This document shows positions 44,075 through 53,800 of a stretch of DNA of 64,000 bases, piece after piece. Location of the stretch: positions 3,688 through 67,687 of the forward strand of contig NW_013657642.1 in assembly GCF_000142905.1 (NCBI RefSeq), written 5' to 3'. The notes under the pieces were generated by a model. It was not told the origin of the DNA, made no database searches, and worked only from the letters and a program-made list of their open reading frames with translations. Positions within the stretch are counted from its first letter, which is position 1; every line of letters starts with the position of its first letter. The DNA is from Thecamonas trahens ATCC 50062. Its lineage: Eukaryota; Protista; Apusomonadida. The position numbers and the translations under genes are program-made.

Positions 44075-45591
44075 CTACTGGGGTGTACCGCGGCTCTGAG
44101 CCGCCTCCATGGCGGCCTGGCGGGCGGAATCGACGCACTGCTTGTCCCACGAGCCTGCGGTGCGGACAAGGGCGTCTTCGGCCTGCTCCTCGTACGAGTA
44201 GAACGAGTACGATGACGAGGCGTCGATGGGAAAGTCGGCCGGCGGGTGGATCGGACCGGCATCAGGGCGCGGCCGCTGCTCTCGCTGCTGTCGCGGCGCT
44301 GCGCCGACGCTGGGAAGATCGAGTTCAGAGTCGGCGACGCCTGCGAGCGCGAGCTGCTTGGCGAGCCGGCGCTTGCCCTTGCGAGTGCGGACGTGCCGGA
44401 CCGGAGCGTAGTACGAAGGCATTCGGACGGTGGTGTTGGCGTAGGTGACTGGTGTGTTGGCCGTGGGTGCAGAGGTAGCGCCTCCAGCCGCAGGCTTGTC
44501 CGACTCGGCGTCGACGGCGGCGGCGGCGGCGGCAGCGGCGGCAATGTCGGCGTCGAGCTGGGCGATGGCGGCAGCCTTGCGGTCGGGCGGCGTGACCTCA
44601 ACCCGCGAGATCTTGCCGTCGCGCATCCAGATGACCCGGTCTGCAAAGGCCTTGAGGTTGACGTCGTGGGTAACCATGATGAGCGTGATGCCGTCGTCGA
44701 TGTTGAGGTCGAGGAGGAGCCGGACGACGGCGTTCGAGTTGACAATGTCGAGATCGCCGGTCGGCTCGTCAAGCAGCAGCAGGTCCGGCTGGTTTCCAAT
44801 GGCGCGCGCGATGGTCACTCGCTGCTGCTCGCCACCAGACAGCATCGACGGGTAGTGGTTGAGCCGGTGGCCCATGCCGACTTGCCGGAGCACAAGCTCG
44901 GCCCGCGCCTTGCGCTCTGACGGCGAGAGCACGCCCTTGAGAATCATTGGGAGCATGACGTTCGAGACTGCATCGAGCGAGCCAAGCAGGTTGAAGGTCT
45001 GAAAGCAAAAGCCAGCCGATTGAGCCGAATGTTGGCCAGCTCCTTGTCCGACGTCGAGTTGGTCACCCGCAAGCCGCCAATGACCACCTCGCCCTTGGTA
45101 GGGCGATCGATGGTGCCCACAATGTTGAGCAGAGACGTCTTTCCGCCGCCGGACGTTCCAAAGATGACCACAAACTCTCCTCTGCGAATCGACGCCGACA
45201 CGCCCCTCAACGCCGGCACGCCTTCCACGCCCAGCAAGTACGTCTTGTGCACGTTCTTCAGCGACACGATGATGTCCTCGTCCACCTCGCCACCATGCCC
45301 GCTCTCCGATCCGTCATCATCCGACCATCCCAGTCCACACTCTGACTCGCTCTCAGACCCACTATCTCCCTCTGCTCTGCCGCGCTTCGGAGCGTATGCC
45401 TGTGTTGCACAAGGTGGTGGTGGTGGGAGGGGGAGGGGGTGGGAGGGGGGGGGGGTGAGAGTGGCGTCAGCCTGGGGAACATGCCAAGGAGAGGGAGGGA
45501 GAAGGGCGGGGGGGGGGGGGGGGGGGGAGGGCGAAGAGGAAGAGAGGCGTACATCCACTCCAACTGCTCCGTAAGGGTTGTCGTCGGCCAT
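44075..45591 (-). CDS. stand-alone ABC ATPase of the LolD/FtsE/MJ0796 type; intron 45400-45552; frame break at ~45013
   Basis: ALRGVS, Walker A GTSGGGKT, L[G]FCFQTFNLL after the shift, LSGGEQQRVTIARA, LLLDEPTGDLD, MVTHD. Confidence 0.9.
45400..45552 (-). other. spliceosomal intron (153 nt, in-frame and stop-free)
   Basis: GTACGC donor, GCTGAC branch, poly-C tracts, ACAG acceptor. Confidence 0.8.
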
Positions 45592-45739
45592 GGACAGCGA
45601 TGAAGGGAGGGGAGAGAGAGAGGGAGAGAGAGAGGTCTACTTACTGATGGCGTATGTGGTCAGCGGTGTGTTCGTGACCAAACTGGGGGGGGGGGGGAGA
45701 GGGGGGTGTGAATCGTTGGTGAACCCCCCCCCCCGCTAA

Positions 45740-45985
45740 NNNNNNNNNNNNNNNNNNNNNNNNNNNNNNNNNNNNNNNNNNNNNNNNNNNNNNNNNNNNN
45801 NNNNNNNNNNNNNNNNNNNNNNNNNNNNNNNNNNNNNNNNNNNNNNNNNNNNNNNNNNNNNNNNNNNNNNNNNNNNNNNNNNNNNNNNNNNNNNNNNNNN
45901 NNNNNNNNNNNNNNNNNNNNNNNNNNNNNNNNNNNNNNNNNNNNNNNNNNNNNNNNNNNNNNNNNNNNNNNNNNNNNNNNNNNNN
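45740..45985. other. assembly gap (246 N) flanked by G/C homopolymer tracts
   Basis: Run of N. Confidence 1.
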
Positions 45986-46054
45986 CCCCCCCCTTCTCCC
46001 CCTCCCCTCCCCCCCCCTCTCGACCTACACATTAGCCACACTTGTCTCTTCTGC

Positions 46055-47185
46055 ATGCTGAGCCGTCTCACTACAGTGGTAGGGAGCCGAGGCAGTCGGA
46101 TGGCCTCCACATCTGCATACTCGCCAACACCAGCTACCCGACCGTCTACGCCCAAGGAGTCTGCCACGGTCCTCCTCGTGGCACCGCATGGTCTCGATGA
46201 GCCACGCCCGGCAGACGGCTGTGACTATCGTGTCCTCCTCCTGCAGCGATCGCTCAAGGCCTCGTTCATGCCGGGCATGTATGTCTTTCCTGGCGGCATC
46301 ACCGAAGAGCCTCTCGATGCTCAGCTCGCAGACGAGTACAACACCTCGCTGTTGAGAGTCACTGCCGTCCGCGAGCTGTTTGAGGAGGCCGGCGTCCTCC
46401 TCGCAGCCCCTGATCGTCCGCTTCGATCCGGCTTTCGCCGCCATCTGCTCGACATGACTCTTCCGGTCCTGCCGGCGGCCAAGGCGTCGACGTGGCGGAG
46501 CAAGGTCAACGCCTCTCCAGACGCCTTTGCCGACCTTGCCGCCGCCGTCGAGGCCGCCGGCGGGCGGATGGCCTTTGACACCCTCGCGCCTTGGGCCCGG
46601 TGGATCACACCCGAGTTTGAGCCGCGCCGGTACGACGCCACCTTTTTCGTGGGCGCCCTTGATGCCGTCGACGCTGACGCGCTTCACTGTGACCGCGAGA
46701 CCATCGCGTCCAAGTGGATGACTCCCGGCGAGGCGCTGGCTGCCGCTGCTGACGGCACCCTCATGCTCGCTCCACCGCAGTGGCTCTGCCTTCATGAGAT
46801 GGCCACCTTTACCGCGCTGGAGGACCTGATGGAGTATGCACACGCAGGTCGCTGCATCGCGCCTATCATGCCGAACTGGTGCACCACACCCGACGGCACG
46901 CCTTACTCTGCTCTGCCCGGCGACGCTGACCACAGCCAGCACCCCGGGCCAAGCCCCGGCTCGCGCAATCGCATGTACATGCGGATTCGTGGCGGCGTCT
47001 CGGTTGTCGAGATGCGGGTCTCTACCGACCTTGCCGACGGCCCGGCCTGGATCCCGGATGCCGACCGCAGCTCCTCGCCCATCGTCGCCGCCGCACAACG
47101 CGCCTTTGCCAACCGAGTCGTCGTCTCGCCCGACAATCCTGATTCTCCGCCGCCGCCGGTCACCTCGACTCAGGCCAAGCTCTAG
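46055..47185 (+). CDS. NUDT19: NUDT19-like acyl-CoA diphosphatase (Nudix) with C-terminal PTS1
   Basis: VLLLQRS..ASFMPGMYVFPGG, TAVRELFEEAGVLL, WARWITP..RRYDATFF, LAPPQ; ends AKL. Confidence 0.82.
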   Translation: MLSRLTTVVGSRGSRMASTSAYSPTPATRPSTPKESATVLLVAPHGLDEPRPADGCDYRVLLLQRSLKASFMPGMYVFPGGITEEPLDAQLADEYNTSLLRVTAVRELFEEAGVLLAAPDRPLRSGFRRHLLDMTLPVLPAAKASTWRSKVNASPDAFADLAAAVEAAGGRMAFDTLAPWARWITPEFEPRRYDATFFVGALDAVDADALHCDRETIASKWMTPGEALAAAADGTLMLAPPQWLCLHEMATFTALEDLMEYAHAGRCIAPIMPNWCTTPDGTPYSALPGDADHSQHPGPSPGSRNRMYMRIRGGVSVVEMRVSTDLADGPAWIPDADRSSSPIVAAAQRAFANRVVVSPDNPDSPPPPVTSTQAKL

Positions 47186-47188
47186 CGG

Positions 47189-48508
47189 TCAAAGCGCAGC
47201 TCGCTCAACGGTCAGCACCATGTCGACCGCCGGCCGGCCGTAGATCTGAAACTGCGCGCTGTCGCCTGCGCCTGCCGTCCAGCGCGCCCGGATGCACTCG
47301 ACAAGGTCGCAGGCGACCGCCTCGCGTGCTCCCTGCGAGAGCAGGCTGCACCCATCAGCGGCTGCACCGCGTGCCCGCCACACGACGTAAACCAGCTTGA
47401 GCGCATGCTCGTCGGGCGCCGCACCCGCCGCCGTCATCGCTCCGACCAGTTCCTCGAGCTGGCCCAAAGCGTCGCCCGAGCTCGACGCACCGGAAAGTTC
47501 AGCCACCCGCGTTGCATTCCATCGCGGCGCCTCGACGCTCACCACCGCGACCGCGGCCGTGAACCAGCCCGCAGCCGCATTGACCAGCAGCTCGGTCCGG
47601 TCCGGCCCGGCCTCATCGCGCTCGGCAAGCTCGACCAGCGCCCGCAGCGCGTGCGCCGACGTCACGGCATGGAGCACAAAGAACTCGTGATGGGTGGCGT
47701 GGTACAGGACCAGCGCAGTGTCAACCAGCAGCATCGCAATTCCTCCGAGACTGGCGCCCCATGCCCCTGCCGCGTCGCGGAACCACTTGTGAATGCCAGC
47801 CAGCGCGGCGGCGTCTCGCGGCTGCAACCGGAGCGCACGGACCCGGTCCTGGAAGCCGCCAGCATCCTCCCCGGGCGCCTCCAGCACGCTTGCCAGCTGC
47901 CGGACCGTCTCCGCCAGCGCCAATGGCTCCGGACTTGCCACAGGTGCTTTCTCCAGCTCAGGCGTTGTCCCCTCCGGGAGGAGCTTGTCGTGCGCGCCGA
48001 GGTTGTACGCCAGCGCCTCGGCGATCATGCCTCGCGAGTCAATGTCGAGCGCAAGGCCAAGCTGGATGAGCGGATGAAAGGCTGCCGAGTGGATGCCGTC
48101 GACTACAGCCGCCAGACAGGTAAACACAGTGTCTGCCAGTCCGTGCCGGGCCAGCACGCCCGTCATCGCCTCGGAAGCCGCGTTGAACGGCACTCCAGGC
48201 GCAAAGATCTTGGCATCGTTATCCAGCCCACCACAGAGGCTCCCAGCACTCCCAGGCACCCACAGCTTCTCCAGCTCGTCTCCAATGTGCGCCACCTGGC
48301 CCTGTTCAATCGGTCCACCTGCGCTCTCCAGCCGCCGGACGTAGGTGGCGAGGTAGGCATCGACTGCCGCCGGGTTGTCCGGGAACATGGCAGCGAGAAC
48401 AGCGACGCCGTGGGAGGCGTGGTTAGTGAGGAAGCCACGGAACTCGATGTGATACGCTTCCCGAAGCTGGCGGAGCTTGTCCTCCACCCAGCCGAGCTTG
48501 TCCGCCAT
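47189..48508 (-). CDS. questin oxidase-like (DUF4243/HypA/AflY family) protein
   Basis: YHIEFRGFLTNHASH, AAFHPLIQLGLAL..IAEALAY, FFVLHAVTSAHAL, DEHALKL: the His-motif series of the family. Confidence 0.8.
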   Translation of the reverse strand: MADKLGWVEDKLRQLREAYHIEFRGFLTNHASHGVAVLAAMFPDNPAAVDAYLATYVRRLESAGGPIEQGQVAHIGDELEKLWVPGSAGSLCGGLDNDAKIFAPGVPFNAASEAMTGVLARHGLADTVFTCLAAVVDGIHSAAFHPLIQLGLALDIDSRGMIAEALAYNLGAHDKLLPEGTTPELEKAPVASPEPLALAETVRQLASVLEAPGEDAGGFQDRVRALRLQPRDAAALAGIHKWFRDAAGAWGASLGGIAMLLVDTALVLYHATHHEFFVLHAVTSAHALRALVELAERDEAGPDRTELLVNAAAGWFTAAVAVVSVEAPRWNATRVAELSGASSSGDALGQLEELVGAMTAAGAAPDEHALKLVYVVWRARGAAADGCSLLSQGAREAVACDLVECIRARWTAGAGDSAQFQIYGRPAVDMVLTVERAAL

Positions 48509-48667
48509 GGTCACGCGATGAGTCAGGTGGCTGCCCACGGTGACGGTCAGGCGGCGGCACTCACCTCCACCGGCTGGGCGCTGTGTTGTGCCATCTTTGT
48601 TCATGGGGCTCCTTGGGCTACCTGCTAGCTGGATGGGTGTGTAGTGGTGCGCAGGAGGAGCTCGCGT

Positions 48668-49138
48668 TCAGTGCTGAGCGATCTCGAACAGCTCGAGGAC
48701 GACAGCGAGGAGATCAATGCCGTAGAAGATGCGCATGAGGATGTACGAGCCGAGGATAAAGATAAAGTAGACAGTGAGGTCAAACTTGGTCGACGGGCGC
48801 AAGATCTGGTTGTCTCGATCCTCCCTCCACTTTCTCAACACCCTCATCTTGATGTCTGCCGGCATCTTCTCCAGCTCTGCCAGCTCCGGGAAGACCGATC
48901 CGATTCGAACCACACCCTCCACATCATCATCCATCTCACTGCCCTTCACCACCGTCTTCTTGTCCTTTCTCTCCGTTTTCTTTGCACTCCCATCGTCGTC
49001 CTTCTTCACCCTCACCCGCCGTGTCTTGGTCACCTTCCTCCGCTGAACAAGCCGTCCGCTACCGCCACGGCCACCGCCACCATCACCTTGACCGACCACC
49101 ATACCGCCACCGACAACACCGTCACCACTGTCTTCCAT
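48668..49138 (-). CDS. small hypothetical protein with basic region and C-terminal TM
   Basis: Good codon usage; Lys/Arg-rich middle; TM-like LTVYFIFILGSYILMRIFYGI. Confidence 0.6.
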   Translation of the reverse strand: MEDSGDGVVGGGMVVGQGDGGGGRGGSGRLVQRRKVTKTRRVRVKKDDDGSAKKTERKDKKTVVKGSEMDDDVEGVVRIGSVFPELAELEKMPADIKMRVLRKWREDRDNQILRPSTKFDLTVYFIFILGSYILMRIFYGIDLLAVVLELFEIAQH

Positions 49139-49768
49139 GACCAAGGGGATGAGAAGAGAGGGCGAGAGACGAGAGACGAGAGAGGTGCCTGTCTTTGCTA
49201 TCCGTGGACCGACCTTTGGTCGCACATCGGCCAGGCCAATGCTCGGCGGTCTGCCCCACGCCACAGGGATCGGGAAATGGGAGATGGGAACAAACCAGGA
49301 GAGGCGGTGAGGCGGCGAGGGGGGGAGGGGGCAGGGGGAGGGGGGGGAGGGAGCAGGGGGAGGGGGGCGAAGCGGTAGAGAGTTTAGATGCCTGGGTGGA
49401 TGGATGTGATGTGTGATGGAAGTGTGGTAGGAGGCATCCCCCGGTCCAGGCAGGCAGGCCTCTCCACCACCCCACCGGCCCGGATGCCGCTAGGATGGCA
49501 CAACCTAGCTTGCCCCATCACACCCACCCCACCCCACCCGCTACCCCACACCCACATACCCCCCACCTTCACACCCCCACACCCGCCCCAAACACATCTC
49601 TCCCCAGATCATCCCCAGATCATCCCCAGATCATCCCCATATCATCCAAACCGATCAGCCCAGCAGCAGCCAATTGCCCCCTCTCCCGCCACCACTCACA
49701 CCCACACCCACCACCCACACCCACACCCACACCCACCACCTCTCTTTCTCTCTTTCTCTTCCTCGCCC

Positions 49769-50437
49769 ATGGCAGGAGAGACAGCGACAGAAACAAGCGG
49801 CACGTCTCCACTGCTTGTTGCCTTTGGCCTGCTGGCAGCCCTGACTCTGGCCCAGGTCGTGAGCTCTATGGTCGCCGGCTCGGACACGGCTGGCTCGCCG
49901 TCGAGCCCGTCGGCGGCGGCCGCGCCGGAGAATGGGCTCGTCGTACCGAATCATGGCGTCTTTGTTGCCTTCTGCCAGTCGTGAGGCTACGCTAACCACT
50001 TCCGCGCCCTCCGCCAGGCGCTGGCTTCGGCCGCGCCGGGCGTCGAGGTCATCGGAACCAACTACCCCGTCGGGACCCTTCGGGCGGCTCTCGGACAGAT
50101 GATCATGTTCTCCGTCCCTCTCTTTGCCCTCGTTGTTGTCTACGCCAACGAGATCTGTGCCTGGCTTGATGTGCCGGTCCCGGACGCACTGCTTTACCTG
50201 GCATCGTCCAAGCTCATGCACATTGTCGTCTACTACTTTGTCGCCAACATGCTCGTCTCGCAGCTGACCACCACAGGCGCCTTTGAGCTCTACGTCGACG
50301 GCAAGCTGGTCTTCTCCAAGCTCACCCTTGGCCACGCACCTGCTATCGACCAGGCTGTCGATCTTGTCATTCGCGCCCTCGGCCCGGCCCATCGCGCCCA
50401 GTATCACCACCAGATGCACGAGGAGCAGCTGCTCTAG
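49769..50437 (+). CDS. SELENOT: selenoprotein T, with in-frame UGA (49982-49984) read as Sec
   Basis: Hydrophobic N-terminus, VAFCQS-U-GY (CxxU), VIGTNYP, hydrophobic hairpin, QLTTTGAFELYVDGKLVFSKL..GHAP; both flanking ORFs share one frame; SECIS downstream. Confidence 0.93.
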
Positions 50438-50490
50438 CCCCCCATCTCCTCTCATCCAGAACGCTTCCCCAGTCCTGCTTGCCGACCTAC

Positions 50491-50572
50491 CGAGCGATGT
50501 CCCATGACGGCGAGCCACCCACGCTGCGCAAGTATGCACAGCCGTGGCTTTGCCCGACCCTGATCGCATTCG
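50491..50572 (+). promoter_or_regulatory. eukaryotic SECIS element (type 2, AUGA_CC_GA variant)
   Basis: Helix I GCGAT(50494-98)/ATCGC(50563-67); core ATGAC(50504-08)/CGAC(50555-58); helix II GGCGAGCCAC/GTGGCTTTGCC; CC at 50519-20; apical GCTG-C-GCA(AGTA)TGC-A-CAGC. Confidence 0.82.
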
Positions 50573-50822
50573 CAACTCTGCTCGCTGGTGCTGTCCCCCC
50601 CTCCCGCGGCCTCGTGCCTAAGAAAACCACACCATCCAAACACACAACCCATCACAATACAGCTGGTAATCACGTGCCGCGGCAGGTCTCCGCACAGACC
50701 CCCCCTTTTGCACCTTTTTGCACCGATTTGCAAGCTTCCTCACCTCACCCCCCCCCCCACCCCCCCCCCCCCACCCCCACCCAACCCCTTCCATCCCTCC
50801 ACACCGAACACACACGCACGCC

Positions 50823-53800
50823 ATGCCCTCGTATCTCGCCGTTGTTCTCCTCGTTCTCACAATAGCATGTGTGGCATGTCGGGCAGCGTGTCCTGCCTCC
50901 TTCCCCGCCTTCACCCCTGTTGCCACTGGCTGCACACACTGCGTGGTTGACAGCTCAATTTGTCGCGCTGGATGCTTTGCTTTTGATTCGACGGTTTCGG
51001 GTTCAAGACCCGATGGCAAGCTCATTGGCCTCTACACCTTTACGGAAACGTCTGGCTCCACGGTTGTCGATCGATCTGGCGTATCGCCGCTAGCTGATGG
51101 CACCTTGTCCGGCGCCCACTTTACGTGGCATCCCGCACAGGGCCTCACTCGAGCGGTGGGCGTTGGCTCGCGGGTTGTTGCCGCACCCTTGAGCAAGTAT
51201 GTGTCTGCCTTTCAGGCCTCCAACCAGCTCGCTATCGAGGTTTGGGCAGAGCCGGCCGGTACAGCCGCAGACGGGCCGGCCCGGATCGTCACTTTCTCTC
51301 ACGGGGCAAGCTGCCCGGCGCAGCAAATGGTCCACATCGCCCAGGAGACGACCCAGGCCTCTTTCCGTTTCGTCGGCCAGAGCAGCAACGTGTGCGGTGA
51401 TGTGTTTGGCACAAACGTCTTTGTCGCCAACACTCCCACCCATCTCGTGGTCGAGTATGCGGGCGGTTCGCGGACGGTTTACAAGGACAACACTGCCATC
51501 CACTCGCCTTCGGAATCGCTGGGCAGCATTGTCGCCGATTGGTCTTCTACCAACCTCGTCTTCTTCGACGAGTTTGGCACTGATCGCCACTGGCCCGGCA
51601 CCATCTACACCGTCGCCATCTACGATGGCCCGCTCTCTCCCACCACCCGCACGGAGCACTTACGAACGGCACCGACTACGCCCGCGACGTGCGGTTGGTC
51701 ACGTGCGGACTCTGCGGAAACCATGCTTGCTGTCCGCCGTACAACATCCCTGGCCTCCACATGTCGTGCACCGCCAGTGACGTCCAAGCTGGCGTGTCCT
51801 GCACCCTCTCCTGTCCCGATCCGCAGCAGGTGCCCACACCATACGCCAAGCGGACCGACACCTGCAACGGGGCATCGTTTCCCAACGGGCCATGGCCAAC
51901 TACCTGTCGTCACCCGCCGGTGGCCGTCACCATAGGAGCTGCTTCGGCCTCGGCTGTCTCCGTCTCCGATCCGACTGGCCTCGACACTGTCGCCTTTGGC
52001 GTCACAAATGCCCTGGGCTCGCCAGTCACTACCTCGGGCACCATCGAAGTCTCGGTCCTTAACGTCACCTTTCCAGCCGCGTCGATCTCCTCGGGTGAGT
52101 CGTGCACAATGTCGTCGGCGTCATCATGCACTTTGGCCGCCCCGGTCTTTTCCTCGTTTGGCTACTACGTCCTAGCTGTTGCCTATACCCAGACAAGCCC
52201 CGACTTTGACACCTACCCACCAACAGCAGCCCTTGCCACTCCTGCAACGTCGCCCGCCATCACTGTTCGTGTCGAACTTGCCCTACTTGTCTCTAGCATC
52301 ACCACAGGTGAGAACATCGCCTTTGCGAGCATCGTCCACGGCGCTCCCTCGTCGGCCTCGATCTCGCTCGACGCCAGTCTCTCGACATGTGAATTTGCGA
52401 CGCCGCCGCCGGTCCAGGTCGAAGCCAATGCTGTCAACACCTTGTTCACCTACACCGCAGGCGTTGACTTTGAGAGCATGACTGGCCCCAACCCTTGCGT
52501 CCTTGTCTGGACCTCGGACGACGACCCCAGCTTCTCCACGCCGCCGTTTACACTCACAGTGACCGACGTCGACGAGCCCGCGCTGCTCTCGATGTCACAG
52601 ACGCTCGCCACCCTTACCGAGCCCGGCAATGTGACAGTGACCATCACCGTGGCCGACGTCGACACCGGCGCCGATCCGGTCCTCATTCTCGGCTCGCAAC
52701 CCAACGGTGTCCGCGTCTTTCACGCACCCGGGTCCGATCCGTCGGCGCTGGTCCTCGTCGACACAACGCCGTTTGTCTTCCCCGCGCCGGTGGTCCGACG
52801 CTCGCCATCGACATCGTCCTCGCTCCTGTGCCCGGCACCTACTCCTCGTCGCTCAACTTTACCTACGACGACGTACCCTGGCAGCGAACCTCGGTCTCGA
52901 CCTTTGAGGTCAACATTCCGTGTCCTGACCCGGTCAACATGGTCCTCGGTCCGTCGGGCGTGTGTCTCTGCCCCGACGAGGGCCAGTTCATTAACGTGCA
53001 GAACTTGTGCGAGGCCTGCGCGCCGGGGACGTACTACGATCCAGCCCGCGGCGCCTTTCCATGTGTGCCGTGCGTCGAGGGCATGTACTGCCCCGGTGGC
53101 CCCGCCAAACCCGAGGCTGATGACGGCTGGTGGGAGTTTCCGCCGGGCGTCTTCACCCCGTGCTCGCCAGCCAACATCTGCAGCCGTGGCAACATCTGCT
53201 CACGTGGCAACGTCGGCATTCGGTGTGAGGATTGCATTCCTGGCTTCTTCAAAGAGTCGGGCGTGTGCAAGCCATGCCCAAACCTTGGCCCGCTGCTTAT
53301 TGTCTTGCTCTTTGCCATCATGCTCGTCATCATGATTGTCCTCATCAAGATCGCCCGCAAGTCGGCAGCCTACTTTACCGCCGCTTCGATCGGGTACAAC
53401 TTTATCTCCATCGTCTCGCTCATGGCGGCGTTCAAGCTCAAGTGGCCGTCGTTCCTCCTCCAGTTCTACAACGTTCTCTCGTTGGTCAACCTCAACATCT
53501 CGGTCTTCAAGCCCGAATGCGCACTCGCCGGTGGCTCCATCGCCTACTTTAAGGTCTGGATGCTCAAGCTCTCGCTTCCGCTTGTCTTTGCCGTTATGTT
53601 TGTCCTTGCCATTCTCGCGCTGAGCTGCTACGCGCGATGCTGGCGGATGGCGTACGCGCGCGGCTACGCTCGTACCTCCCGTCTCCCGCGCGTCACGCAT
53701 GTCACTCAAGTTCTCTTCCGCAACGCTTGTGTCAACGCATACATCACCGTTCTCATGCTGCTGTACCTCTCACTTGTCGCCGTCACCTGCGAGGCCTTTG

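Noticed and set aside
45685-45735. G-run/C-run inverted repeat beside the gap
   Set aside because: Simple homopolymers next to an assembly gap; sequence reliability is low and such tracts are common here.
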